Origin: Gekko japonicus
Lineage: Eukaryota
Direction of reading: 5' to 3'
Assembly (NCBI RefSeq): GCF_001447785.1
Contig: NW_015177038.1
Location: 575,300-639,299 of the forward strand
Length of the DNA: 64,000 bases
Numbering within the stretch: position 1 is the stretch's first letter; each line of letters begins with the position of its first letter. Positions 24,701 to 37,862 of the stretch are shown in pieces. A model generated the notes under the pieces. That model worked only from the letters and a program-made list of their open reading frames with translations. It was not told the DNA's origin and ran no database searches. Position numbers and translations under genes: made by a program.

Positions 24701-26285
24701 GTATCTGAAGATGACACACACGTGGGGCTGTGTGTACATGACACAGAATGGAAACGCCTGCATGGGCTGTCATCACAGATGCTAATCTCAGCGCAGTTTT
24801 TTACACTGATTCCTAAATGAAAATATAAGACAAATTGTGAAATGTGATGTTTTGTTTTGTTGTCTGAATCGTTTCCCTTTCTTTCATAGATGGTGGCTGC
24901 CCTGTTGGTTTCAAAGACAGGAAGTCTATGAAATAGGTAGGACAATACCTATGTTTTTGGACTAGTATAGGTGTGAAATATGCCAACCTTCTCTGTCCAG
25001 CAAAGTATTCTGTGAAGAAGAAGAAAACCCCAGGGTTTTGTTTTTTGTTTTTTAATTGCATGGCATAACCTGTTAGATAGGGACAGGAAAGGCCAATCCT
25101 CTTTTGCTGGTAAATCTTCTTGCCCTAAAACTGTCTTAGGGACAGTCCCTTAACAGTCTTTCATTTTCTGGTATTTGGACACTGAGACTATCAGAAGTGT
25201 TGGGGTTTTTTTTTGTTTTTATACCCCACTTTTCTCTATCTTTTATACCCCACTTTTCTCTATCAAAGCAGCTTAAAATCGCCTTCCCTTCCTCTCCCCA
25301 CAACAGGCACCTTGTGAGGTAGGTGGGGCTGAGAGAGTTCTGAGAAAACTATGACTGGCCCAAGGTCACCCAGCAAGCTTCATGTGGAGGAGAAGAGGGG
25401 AATCAAACATACTTCTCCAGATTAGAGTCGGCCACTCTTAACCGCTACACCACATTCGCTCTTTGCACTACACCAGCCTATGTATGTCTCATGGTGCCTT
25501 ATACTGAATCATATCATTAGTCCATTTATTGTCTAGTCTGATTGGCAGAGGCCCTCCAGAGTCTCACACAAAGAAAAGTCTCTCCCATTTAACTGAAGGA
25601 GTCAGGGATTAAACCCAGGAGTTTCTGCATGCAAAGCAGATGCTCTTCCACTAAACCACAAATGCAAGAAGAACTCATTCATTCATTTCCCCACAATTAT
25701 ACCCTGCCCTTCCCCAAAGGAGCTTAAACTGATTAGGTATTCTCATTTATTTTCCTTATATCAAACCTGTGAAAAAGGTTAGGCTGAGAGAGAATGTCTG
25801 GTCCAAAATTACCCATCGAGTTTAATGGTATAGGCAAAGATTTGAACCCAGGTCTCTCCAGTCCAGGTCCAGCACTCTAACCATTATACCTGTCAATAAT
25901 TTGATGGTTTATAAGATAATGGTGTGTTTTAAACCAGCACAGTGCAGTGGTTAGAATGTCAGAGATTTGGGAGAACCAGGTTCAAATTCCCATTCTGCCA
26001 TGGAAGACCACTGGGTGACTTCAGGCTAGCTACTGTCTCATCTTAGCCTACCTCACAGGGTTGTTGTTGTGGGGATTAAAACAGAGAAGGGGAGAATGGG
26101 TCCCCATTGCAGAAAAAAGTGGAGTATAAATAATTTTTGAAATGTGTTCAGAAAGGAAACCTGCCCAGCATTTCTAGTAATAGACTGGAGTCCATTTGAA
26201 ACCTGTTTCCCTGTTGTTTTTCTTTCTGAAATAGGCTGCCTTGTATCAGTACGCCAAGCCCTTGCATCCTGCTGAGAACGAAGGA

Positions 26286-26309
26286 ATGGCTACGGCAGAG
26301 CTGGCTCAG
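26286..26309 (+). CDS. gene B first coding micro-exon (MATAELAQ; exon 26235-26309)
   Basis: Pyrimidine tract + TAG acceptor, GGAATGG start context, CAG|GTAGGT phase-0 donor; typical pre-KRAB micro-exon. Confidence 0.65.
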
Positions 26310-27327
26310 GTAGGTAGGAGGCCTTCCAAATATTATTTGGGGGGCTGCCTTTTGGGAGGGGGGGTCATTTGCCACTGCAGGTAGAAAGAGGGACTGTAGT
26401 AAGAACTGAGTAGGACACACAGCCTCCTTGGAACTCCTTAAGATACTGGCAGGATCTCTGGGTTCATCTTTGGCAACTTTATTTACAATTCATCTATAGT
26501 GCTCAGACAGGCATTTTATCTATGACAAGCTATGTTCAATCCCCAGTCCTTTGCAGAGGAAGGGAACAATGCAAGTATGAGAAGTCAATGTATACTTTGT
26601 TTACAGCTGGGATCAGAGGAACAGAATAAGACATATCCTGTCCAGCTCCGAGATCAATCCACAACTATTTATTTATCCATTCATTCATTCAATCCTACTT
26701 TTCTGCCACAAATTGGCTTGGAACACAGCGCACAGAAATGGAAAGACAATGGAAGCGACAGTTAAAATTCAGTTAGATATGTTCCTTGTAGAGGAATGTG
26801 CCTGACTGGTTCATGCCTTCCAAGGGCTTAATTGATTGCCTTGAAAGATAGCTTGATAAAATGTCTTGGGGTTTAGGTAGGCCGTACATATGCCCCAAGG
26901 AAGAAGGCAGCATAGCATAGCCCCACCTTGTCAGATCTCCGAAGGCAAGCAGGGTCAGTATTTGGATGGGAGACCACCAAGGAAGACTTTGCAGAGGAAG
27001 GCAAAGGCAAACCACCTCTGCTTCTCACTTGCCTTGAAAGCCCCTTGCTGGGGTTGCCATAAGTTGCTTGTGACGTGACAACGCTTACCTACATGCATAT
27101 GGCCCAGTTAGGGATATGGTATGGGTGGCTGAATTCAGCTTCCTAAAAACCTGGACTTTCAGCTTTAAATAAAAGATCAAGTTTCTAGTCCTTATTGCTG
27201 TGAATGTATTCTTCAAAAGTTGTGACTGATCGCTACTGACATTTCAGAGACCGGAGAAGTGGCTGAATAAGACTTCCGGGGTTTGAGGTGGAGGTATTGC
27301 TCTTTACACTCCTCTTTGGCTAGCATA

Positions 27328-27547
27328 TTTGACCTGCTCCATCTGTGACCTAGGCCAGCTTACCCCTCATTGGGCAACCTGGTAGGCCCCAGTCCCCCGC
27401 AGCTCACTGTATTGATGCTGAAGTTAGTACAGACAGACACCCAATCAGCATAGCTCACAGCATCCCAGAACTCCTGAGCACAGGTGATCTGCCAGCCTCC
27501 AGCTTCCCCAGCAACTGGAATGACAGGCTCCTGCCACCATGCCCAGC
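27328..27547 (-). pseudogene. RN7SL: 7SL (SRP) RNA retropseudogene, 3'-truncated
   Basis: Minus strand GCTGGGCATGGTGGC...CAGGAGTTCTGGG...GCATCAATA...CCAGGTTGCC...GGAGCAGGTCAAA is collinear with the 7SL Alu and S domains. Confidence 0.9.
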
Positions 27548-27778
27548 TACCCCCTTGACTAGCAAAACTGGAATAAAATGACAACGAATAGTTGCATAAA
27601 TTATAATGCCCAAGAGGAAATTGTGCAAATGGGGCCAGGTGGTTCTTGGTGTCCTATGTGGACTCTTTTTCGCATGGAGTACATGTGCCCTGGGGCACAG
27701 GTATTTACACCTTGCAGTCAGCCTGGGGAGACTGCTGCCAGAGCTGCAGGCACTGAATTGGAGCCATTGCTGTTTCAG

Positions 27779-27893
27779 GAGCTGGATGCATCTGAGGAGG
27801 ACGACGAAGAAAGGGAGAAAATGTCGAGTTTGCCGGATCCTGTGCAAGCATCCCTCATAAGCAATAGGGAAGAGGACTGTGCAGCATCCCCAG
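27779..27893 (+). CDS. gene B exon, eroded KRAB-A (ELDASEEDD...LPDPVQASL...AASPG)
   Basis: TGTTTCAG|GAGCTG acceptor, phase 0 to 1, donor GTAAAG, in frame with neighbouring exons. Confidence 0.7.
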
Positions 27894-28022
27894 GTAAAGA
27901 TTTCATGTATATTTGAGGCTCTGCCTAGCCTCTGGACAGCTGAAGATGGGATAACACATAGAATTTCTTGGCAAATGCTTCTTCAGGAGTGATACCTTGC
28001 ATATCTAACAGCACCCTTCCTC

Positions 28023-28515
28023 ACATAGAATCATAGAATGTTAGAGTTGGAAGGTACCTAGCTCAGGAAGGATGGCTCCAGAGCAAACTAATGTATGCAG
28101 GAGCCATATCACCTGCTCACAACTTTAATGCCAGGAGCTCACAAAGTAGAATTTTTGCTCACAAGACCCCGCAGCTTAGAGGGAACATAGCCTACAACAT
28201 ACCCGAAAGATGGTCGTCCAGCCTTCGCTTGAAAACGTCCAGCAAAGGAGCATCCACCACTTCCCGAGGCAGACTGTTCCACTCCTCAACCACTCTTACA
28301 GTTAGGAAGTTTCTCCTGATATTTAGCCGGTAACGACTCCCTTGTAATTTCCACCCATTAGAACTAGTCTTGCAATCCGGAGCAAGAGAGAAGAGATCTG
28401 TTCCATCTTCTACATGACAGCCCTTCAAATACTTGAAGACTGCAATCATGTCCCCTCTAAGCCTTCTCTTTCCCAGGCTAAACATACCCAACTCTTTCAG
28501 CCTTTCCTCATAACA
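28023..28515 (-). mobile_element. CR1 3' end interrupted by a partial hAT MITE (28059-28190)
   Basis: ORF 28192-28491 GMFSLGKRRLRGDMIAVFKYLKG...; ATTCTATG-type tail at 28023-28040. Confidence 0.92.
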
Positions 28516-29337
28516 TATATTCGGCTGGCACCAAGTGTGCTAAGTTTCTGGTTCCAGCTAAAGAGATAGTTGTTTAAGTGCACTTGCTCTCTTTTATTTA
28601 GATTATGCCCCTATCAATTTTTAACATTCTCTGACTTGTTTCACATTTAGTCTGTTTTGATGTGGTTCACAAGAGAGACCAAATGGGCAAAAAGCTAGAG
28701 TTTAACCTGCTGCTCTTTTTTTCTTCTTGTGTCACTCAGTTTTAATTTGAAGTCTTGACCTCTCTGTCATTCTTTGAACCTATGCAGCTGCCTTATATTG
28801 ACTCATACCAAGTGGTCTTTCAAGGTCAATATTGTCTACTCTGACTCACAGCAGATCTCCAGGGTCTCAAGGTCTTTTCCCATTACCAGATCCTTTTAAC
28901 TGGAGATGCCAGGGATTGAACCTGGGACCATCTGCGTGCAAAGTGGGTGCTCTGCCTCTGAGCCACAGCCCTACCTTTCCATGTCCAGGACAACGTTTCC
29001 TGTGTTTTGTCAAATTAAGCCACAGGCTCCCCTCCTGGAGATGCCCTTCCATCAGCTCCTTTAAGTTTTACCTTTCTGATTCTTCTCCCACCTGAGACCC
29101 AGAGATTTTGGTTTCCCAGCCGGTCATGGAAACAAACCTGCCAGATTAGAATTGTTGTATGGTTAGAAGGACCACCATACCTGGTCACCTCTGATTTTAA
29201 TTAATGAAAAATTGTTTGGCAGTGCAAGTGCTTTTGCTCCAGTCCTTCTGTGCTGGTTCAAGAATTTCATGTCTAGCAGGGGAATAGGAATGCTCCCCCC
29301 CCCCCCCCCCGGCGGGGCTTTTTTTCAAAATGCACAG

Positions 29338-29517
29338 GATCACCAAGATCTACAGGGATGCCCCAACCAGAAGGGGAAGAAGCTCCCTGGGGTCTCTATC
29401 TCCACTGCACAGAGGAAGCGGAGAGCCCGAGAACCAGCAATGGTCCAGATGAGGACAACAGCTGGGACTCCCAGGAAGTCTTTGTGAGCTCCCCTTGCTC
29501 AGTCTCCTCTTACCCAG
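29338..29517 (+). CDS. gene B exon, KRAB-B-like / linker
   Basis: CACAG acceptor, CCAG|GTCAGG donor, phase 1-1; PQPEGEEAPW resembles KRAB-B LEQGEEPW. Confidence 0.7.
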
Positions 29518-30422
29518 GTCAGGAGCTCACCCAGCAACAAGTGCCAGAGGCCGCCTGCTGTCATCTCTGTTCCTCCCTTTTTAAATGTTCGGGGGGGACC
29601 AGAAGGGGATTTTCCACCACCACCCTGTAGACTTAAGAACATAAGAGAAAGCCATGTTGGATCAGGCCGATGGCCCATCCAGTCCAATGCTCTGTGTCAC
29701 ACAATGGCCAGAACCCACGAAACCCAGGCGCCATCAGGAGTTCCACCCACTGGGCTACCTTGAAAGTCAAGAAGGGCTCCTGTTTGTTTAAAAAACTATG
29801 TGACAGGTTCTCCTGTCCCTATGTTATACTCACAACAATCCAGTGAGGAAGGTTAGATTGAAGGCAAGTCACTGGTTCAAGGTCATCCAGGGACCCTCAT
29901 GGTGAAGTGGAGACCTGAACTTGGGTCTTCTAACTTGACTCCCTAACCACTCTTACCACACTGGCTCATGAAAATGCTATTGTTGACACCAAATGCTTTT
30001 TTCAGAATTCAAAACCCCAAAGACTGGATGTGCCCATAGAATGGTCTGGCAACACCTGAGGTTGCAGTCTTTTGCTGAAGCTAAGCAGGTGTGGATCTGC
30101 TTGGTAGCCAGGTGAGAGACCGTGGGGAGCCACACTTCAGAACAGAATATCCATATAGCAAATATTTTAAGACCGTTCTAGAGAACACAAGCATTGGGGT
30201 GCAAAGTTTCATGCCCCAAAATCACAGTGTGGTGTTTCCCAACTTTCTTCCATTCCGGGAAACCAAATGTTGTTCTCTTGAAGCTCTGTGTTTTAGTGTG
30301 TTCTGTAAGGGGAAGCCTAGGCAGGATCAGATCCAAAGTGCCATGTTGTGGGTTGGGGTGCTGCATCACTGAAGCAAAACACCCTGGAATGCTGCATCAC
30401 CCACGTGTGGATTTCTTTTCAG

Positions 30423-31852
30423 GGAGTGAGAACGAAGAGGAGAATCCAGGCGGTGTGGAGTCTCAGGTGCCTTTGTCAGGAGGCTGCGGAAGGAGTGTAT
30501 TTTGGGAATTTAAGAAAGGGGAAGCCCATGAGAAGAAGGGGAAAAGTTATCTTGGAGAAAGATGGACTAGCCCAACTTCCTACATAGAAATCCTTGGAGG
30601 TGCTCAAGACTCTGCGGCCCACCAGGGACCCAGTCCCTATAACAAGGAGCACGGGAATATCCTTACGGCAAGGCCCTCCAACCTCATTACCCGGCAGAGA
30701 CTTCATAGGAGCAAGAAGCTCCACCGGTGTGCCGAATGCGGGAGAGGCTTTGGTGTCTTTTCAAACCTCATCCGCCACCAGAGGACCCACATTGGGGGAA
30801 AACCCCACAAATGTCCCGATTGCGGGAAAGGGTTCGGACACAGCTCGGCCCTCGTCACTCACCGGCGTATCCACACGGGGGAAAAGCCGTACGCGTGCAA
30901 CGAGTGTGGGAAAAGCTTCAACGTGGTGTCCAACCTCCTGCGGCACCAGAGGAGTCACACGGGAGAGAAGCCTTACCAATGCCCTGACTGTGGGCGCTGC
31001 TGCAGCCAAAGGTCTCACCTGATCACCCACCGGCGCCTCCACACCGGGGAGAGGCCTTACCAGTGCCTGGAGTGCAGGAAAAGCTTCAACGTTAGTTCTG
31101 ACCTGATCAAGCATCGGAGAATCCACACGGGCGAGAGGCCCTACGAGTGCCGTTACTGCGGGAAGCGCTTCAGCGGCAGCTCCAACCTCATCACGCACCA
31201 GAGGCTCCACACTGGCGAGAAGCCCTACGTCTGCCCCGAGTGCGGCAAAAGCTTCACAATCAGCTCCAAGCTGATCACCCACCAGCGAATCCACGCGGCA
31301 GAGAAGCCGTTCGATTGCACAGACTGTGGGAAAAGTCGCACTGAAAGGCCCTGCCTCGCCAGGAACCAGCCGAGCCCCTACCGCCGGGAGAAACGCTTCA
31401 AATGCATTGACTGCGGGAAGAGCTTTACCACCAGCTCCTACCTCATCACCCACCAGCGGATCCACACGGGGGAGACCCCCTACATCTGTGGGGACTGTGG
31501 GAAAAGCTTCACAGTTATCTCCAACCTGGCCAGGCACCAGAGGATCCACACGGGCGAGAAGCCCTACAAGTGCCCAGACTGTGGCAGGAGCTACAACCAG
31601 CGGGCCCACCTGACGACACACCTGAGAGTCCACACAGGGGAGAAACCTTACGTCTGCTCCGACTGTGGGAAGAGTTTCAATGTCAACTCGTCCCTCACCA
31701 AGCACCGGAGAATCCACACTGGCGAGAAGCCCTACATGTGTCCCGACTGTGGGAAAACTTTCAGCCAGAGCTCCAACGTCATCACTCATCAGAAGCTCCA
31801 CCACAGTGGTAGCCTCCTTGGCGGCCCCATCAGGGTCCTTCAGATCCAATAG
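30423..31852 (+). CDS. gene B terminal exon: C2H2 zinc-finger array (12 intact + 1 degenerate finger)
   Basis: TTTCTTTTCAG acceptor in phase 1; CxxC...HxxxH repeats with TGEKPY linkers; TAG stop; spliced product 582 aa. Confidence 0.95.
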
Positions 31853-32196
31853 TTCTTCACATTTCTATGGAGGGACTGTTGCCCGTCTGATAACCTGGCT
31901 GCCTTTCATGAACATAATGGGAGGTGTCTTCCTTTGCCTTGCTTCTGCTGCCCGCCTCCTGTTGCATTGTGGGAAGCGATTCCCCTCTTCCTTTGCGGTG
32001 GTTCGGATCACCTGCTGCCATTAACTGCTCAGGTTGGGGGAGGGGAAGATGCACTGAAAGCTTCCGCGTGACTTCCTATCAGAGCCTCCAAACTGGCTCG
32101 AACCCGTCACGTGGGGGTGGCCGCAGCCAGTTTGCTGAGTTCACAGCAGAGAATCCTTCTAGCTTGGAGGCGTGGATGTTCTGAATTCAAGGGAAG

Positions 32197-32352
32197 CAGC
32201 GTCCCCTCTAAGCTGTGCGTGTGAGCGGCCACTCATTAACCAGGAAGCCCCACTCAGCAGCAGACTGCCCACTTTAAGATTACAGCAGTTCCATTCTGCT
32301 CAGGGTGTGAACTGCTCCACTCAGTAGAAAAGAAAAATGAGAGGGAACATTG
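32197..32352. mobile_element. hAT MITE, short variant, in the presumed gene B 3'UTR
   Basis: CAGCGTCCCCTCT...AGAGGGAACATTG TIRs; 8-bp TSD AAGGGAAG. Confidence 0.85.
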
Positions 32353-35300
32353 AAGGGAAGCCCTCCTGTCTGTTCAATATGTCCTGTTAACTACAAGGCA
32401 ATTTCACTCAGGAGAGGAATCTCCTTTTGCTGAGGGAATGATGTGGGGGGGAACCTCCAGACCCACAGAGACTTTTTGGCTCGGGAGAAGTTCTTAAGCC
32501 TCCAGCAGAACCAAATAATTCTTCTGCTTTATGAAGAAGCACTTGCGCTTTTACCTTCTAGGAAAAAGAACCATGGCACTTCTTTCTTTTTCTTTGGGTT
32601 TTTTTTTTCTGTGCGTGTCTGCACATGGAAGTCACATTGACTTCTGGTGACTGACCCCTACTGGGGGTCTGGAGGATATTCAGAGAGGTGGCTGAAAAAA
32701 GCCTGCCTCTGTCCTCTCGACTTGGTATTCCAAGGAAGCCTCCCATCTAAGTACTAATTACAGTCAACCCTGCTTAGCTTCCAAGATCTGACAAGGGCAG
32801 GCTTGCCTGAGCTATCCAGCTTGGAGTGAACTGTGGCACTTTTAAACCGTTTTGAGCACTCCCCATTGTCCTTTCTGGGATTTAAGATAACAACACCTGG
32901 TCCCGAGCTATTCCTTTGGGTCGGGTGGTGGGGAGATCAGCCCCTTGGGTAAAAATGACTTCTAGAAGTTGACACTGTCCTCCAAAACAGGAGAGAGGAG
33001 AGATGTCTGAGGTCTGTGGCTGCGTGGTAGAGCATTTGCTTGGCATGCAGAAGGTCCTGGGTTCAAACCCTGGCATTTCCATCTAAAAGGATCAGGTAGT
33101 GTGTGACGTGAAAGACCTTTGCCTGAGAGCCTGGAGAGCCACCACCAATAAGAATAGGCAATCGTGATCTTGATAGACGCCAACAACCTGACACAGTATA
33201 TACGGTAGCTTCATGGGGAATGTTGTGGTGGATTTCATGGTAGGCATGTTTGGTGCCTGTCATATGATAATAAAAGGATGATTTTGTTAGTCATGCTGTA
33301 TTTTTTTTCTTTATTGGTTTAGCTGTGATGCACATGGGATTATTGCACTGTTTCCACCTGACTTGTTCATTCTGGAGTCTTTGAATCACTGTAGATTTTA
33401 TGCAGTGATTGTATTTGCCATGGCTTCACCCGTGTTTCTTCTAGCAAAGAGTTGACCAAACATAAGGGGACATGCGCTGGGAATCTCTTCACAAAAGTTT
33501 GCTATCAAGGCGGACCCTGCCTTGCTGTGGTAACATAGCTAAGCTTTACCCAGGTTTGGTCTCAGGAGCTCTCCAAGTAACACACCATAAAGCAAAGGAA
33601 GGCTTTAGGGGAGAAATCCAAGAAAAGGTATAAGAACAAGGTGTATAGTTCAGTGGTAATGCAAAAATAACAAAAACTGACAAGCTACACTTACATACTG
33701 ATGCCCTAACACCACACAGTTGATTCTTAAAGCAGAGTTCCAGAGCATAATACAAATATCATCTTGGCAGCAAAGGGGCTAGGAAAGAAAGGGTAAAAAA
33801 GGAATACGGAATGATTCTTCTCTCTAACCATACTTATAGAAAAATGCTGGCTGTAACCTCCTGACCTCCTCAGCCAATCACTGGACAGTATCCATGGAAC
33901 TTTCCAGGGTGAGAGTGAGCTCCCCCTCCCATTTCAGCTGAACTGTGTGAGTTAATGAGCAGATGGGCTTGAGTAATGGGGGGGGGCTAACACCAGAGAA
34001 TAGTGGAAATGGCTAGAAAATGCCACTAAGATGGCCAGGACTGGATTAAGGCCAACTGATTCACTAAGCACAGTGCCCCCTTGGCCCTCCCATTGCTTAA
34101 CTGACAAGACATAAGACTCAATAAGTGCTGAAAGTGAAATAAAAGATTTAAAATTCAGTTTTCTTCCAGGCCAGACCCCTTAACTATATTAAATATAATT
34201 GTATAAAAATTATTTATTTAACACTAAATAGCAGTAAGCAATATAAGCACACACACACACACACAAAACCCTCATTGGTTCCCCCCCTTCCCTTGGTGCC
34301 CTAAACACATGCTTATTTTGCTTAATGGTTAAGTAAGGGCTTCTCTCTTGAAAGTTGCTATATAAAATGTGATGCTACTCTTTGATGACAATACTGATAT
34401 TTGACTGAGCAGCAGTGTCAGGATTGCAAATTCTGCTCTGCAAAGCATTCAAAATTAATGCAGAGTAAATTCAAATCCTGTGGAGGAAGAAGAAGAGAGT
34501 TGGATTTATACCCTGTCCTTCACTCGGAGTCTCAGAGCATCTTACAATCTCCTTCCCTTCCTCTCCCCCCAACAGACACCCTGTGAGGTAGGTCGGGCTG
34601 AGAGAGCTCTCTCTCGAGAACTGCCCTTGAGAGAACAGCTCTGAAAGAACTTGTGACTAACCCAAGGTCACACCAGCAGTTGCATGTGGAGGAGTGGGGA
34701 ATCAAACTCGGTTCTCCCAGATTAGAGTCTGCCGCTTTTAGCCAGTACACCAAATGTGTGGTGCACTGCCTTAAAACCTCCACTTCCACCCTTAGCTGTT
34801 TAAGCAATAAGCTTTATGCAAACATCCCTATTTTGCATAAACCACTATTGATTGCATTCTTCAATTGAAACAACTCCTTGGGGTGGCAGGGGACATTACA
34901 TGGCACAGGGAGTGCATGGGTCAAAATATGTATCTGGAGAGCATGGAAGTTCTGTTTTGGCACACTGGGAAGTTAAAATGGCCCAGGAGCAAGCCAAACG
35001 GAACACACTCTGTAGTGTTACATGCCAGCGCTGCAGGGGCTGTTCAGCCCAATGGCACCAACAGTGTGCATTGGGCATACTGATCTCCTGCTCCCCAAAG
35101 CTGGTAGGGGTGCAGGAGGAGACAGTGGCTTAGCTGACACACCAGTCATTGCCACAAAAGTGTCCAAGCCGAGTGGCTGCCAAGGTGCTGGCAGAGCTGC
35201 TGGGGCTTGGCTCTGATTGTGCCTGGCAGCTAGCAAACCTCCAGGACAGTCGTCCACCAGGAGCTTTCCCTGTAAGTTAAATGGTCCACACCTTGCTGTG

Positions 35301-37309
35301 AAGCAAAGAAGATCAGTGTTGCATAAAGGTTAAAGAGTGTCAGATTAGTATCTGAAAGACCCAGGTTCAAATCACTCTGCCATGAAGCTTGCTGGGTGAC
35401 CTTGGGCCTCCAACTAACCTGCCTCAGAGGATTGTTGTGGAGATAAAATGGAGAAAAGGAAGAACTGTGTATGTGGCCCTGAGCTCCTTGGAAGATAACA
35501 ATGTACTAGAGAGATGTCCTATTTCCTGTCCTTGCGCACCTGACAGGGAAAGACATGAGCCCCCTGCCTGGCAAGGTTCCATATATCTGAAAACATTGTC
35601 TAAATATTTATGCATTCTTAAATATTTATATCCTGTTTTTCCAAAGAAAAGTTTCAAGCGTGGATCAAATGTAAATATCAGTAGCAAAGGCACAAGTCTA
35701 GGAACCACAGACGGCTGTAACTCTTTTTGAAACCCATATCACCACTGCTTTTATAAACTTCCATGTTACAACAATGACCGCCAGCATCTTTTGTTGCAGT
35801 GAATTCCATTGCTCATTATGTGTGGCTGTGCAAAGAAATACTCTCTTCAGTTTTCCCCGAATGTGCCACAAATCCGCTTAATCCAGTGATCCCAAGATAA
35901 CAAGACATCATCATAATCAATCACTGAAACAAATCCCAAATGTGGGGTATTTGCTCAACACCAACGTCAGAGGACAGTGTGCCTTTTGACTTGGGGGGGG
36001 GGGGCAGCTTGGACACTATAGTTTTATCAAACTTTTCCTCAAAGGGAAAAAGTTGTTTGTAGCCCTGCTTCTCCAAAAACAAAATTCAAAACTACAAACA
36101 CAATCCATTAAATGCCTTTATATTAAGATCAATTAAATGACACCCAACAGTGTGCATGCTTTTGCATTCTCCAGGAAAACTTCATCAGGCTGGATGTTAC
36201 AAAAAGAAAATAGTAAGGGGGGGAGGGGGCAGATTCCTCAGGTCATGAACTTACATCCTGGCCAAGCCAGCATGGTGTGTTAAAAGGCCAAGCAGGCATG
36301 CAGTTTGACAATGGTGCTGGTGTAAACTTGTACCCTGCTTGTTTGGAGCAAGCAAGGGACCATTAATGGTTGCTCTCCATTGTAAAAACAAAGTTCAGCC
36401 ATTGTCCCTACTGACTGTTTTAACATCAGGCGAGACTTATTGGCAGACTGCATTCCTTAAAGGAGTTCAGGGTGCCCCACTTCATCATCCTCACAACAAC
36501 CCTGTGAGGTAGGCTGGATTAAGTAAAGAAAGACTGTCCCAAGGTTGCCCAATGAGTTTTATGGCTTAGAGGAGATTCAAACCTGGGTCTCTCCCATTAT
36601 AATCCAGCATTTTAACAGATACACCACTCTAGCTTGTATGAGTATGTTCATAATAGCCTTTACATGCTTCTTTTCATGACCAGTGCTGTCTACCTTGTGT
36701 GAAAATTCTGCTTATGGAATTCACTTAAAAACCATAATAATAAAGGCAAATTCTAGAATCCTTACGGCTGTAAAAACACTTTATGGGAATAGGCTGCCCT
36801 TGTTTGCAAAGTCTTCAGTATTAATAAGGGAAAGAAAGAAAAGCCAGGGAGGGTGGAGTGGCTCAGTGGCTTAGCATGTAGAAGGCCCCTGGTTCAATCC
36901 CCATCATCTCCATTTTAAAGAATCCAGTAGGAAGTGATGTGAAAGACCTACTGGAAGAGTTGCCACCAATCTGCACAGACATTACTGACCTTGAGGAACC
37001 ATTGGCCGTTCACTCTCTCTCAGCTTAACCTACCTCACTGGGTTCTTGTGAGAATAAAATGGAGGAAAGGAGAACAAAGGCCAAAAGGTGCTTTGGGGTC
37101 GGGGTCCCCAATGGGGAGAAAAGTGGGGTATAAATATTTAAAAACAGAAATGAAATAAGATCCCTTGGACTCACAAGCAACTAGATGCAAAGAGGGTGAG
37201 ATCCTTACAAGTAAAAATGCTGAAACTGAAGCCCAGATTTTGGGGGTTCCCACCAGTAGTACACTTGGCTATGCTAGATGACAATACAGTCATCAGAAAC
37301 AGAAGTGAG

Positions 37310-37512
37310 CAATGCTCCCTCTAAGCTGTAGAATCTTGTGAGCAAAAATTCTCCTTTTGTGAGCTACTGGCATTAAAGTTGGGAGCGGGTGATTTGGCTA
37401 CTGCATAAATTAGTTTGCTCTGGAGCCATCCTTCCTGAGCTACGAGAAGAATCTGTGAGCTGGAGGCTAAAAACCTGTGAGCTCAGACTAACTCAGCTTA
37501 GAGGGAACACTG
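37310..37512. mobile_element. hAT MITE (~205 bp)
   Basis: TIRs CAATGCTCCCTCTAAGCTG / CAGCTTAGAGGGAACACTG; TSD GAAGTGAG. Confidence 0.92.
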
Positions 37513-37862
37513 GAAGTGAGGTACTTAAAAAAATAACTATAAAGTTTTTCATTAGGGTTGTTTGAACATATGACGCTTCTTTATACCAAGTCATACCGTC
37601 GAGCTGTTTGACACATTCTCACTCACTGACTGCAAGATCTCAAACAAAGTTCCACCTCCGGAGATCATTTTAGTGGAGATGCAACTCGAGACGTTCTATG
37701 CGCAAAGCCGTAAGAACGAAAGCCTAGCTTAGAATGAGTGGAATTACGGCTTTGTAACAAAACCAACGAGGATTTGCCAAGAACCTTGTAGTTGCAGCTT
37801 CTTAACCCTTTTCTACAGGAAATTACGTAAAAGTAGCAAGGTAACTAACTTGCTAGATGTTA

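Noticed and set aside
27328-27547. Alu element / human contamination
   Set aside because: Retains the 7SL S domain that Alu lacks, is diverged, and is embedded in squamate repeats
27578-27778. ATG at 27578 as start of gene B
   Set aside because: The phase-0 acceptor at 27778 plus the 26286 micro-exon fits KRAB-gene architecture better; not fully excluded
30194-30422. N-terminal extension of the 552-aa ORF
   Set aside because: Starts at a non-ATG codon and is intronic, upstream of a strong acceptor at 30422
30761-31849. 362-aa antisense ORF
   Set aside because: Shadow of the GC3-biased finger exon; it mirrors the finger periodicity and has no independent gene signals
33010-33085. tRNA gene
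   Set aside because: SINE head with a degenerate cloverleaf followed by the family body
33526-33992. Possible solo LTR on the minus strand
   Set aside because: LTR-like composition, but I could not establish matching termini and a TSD
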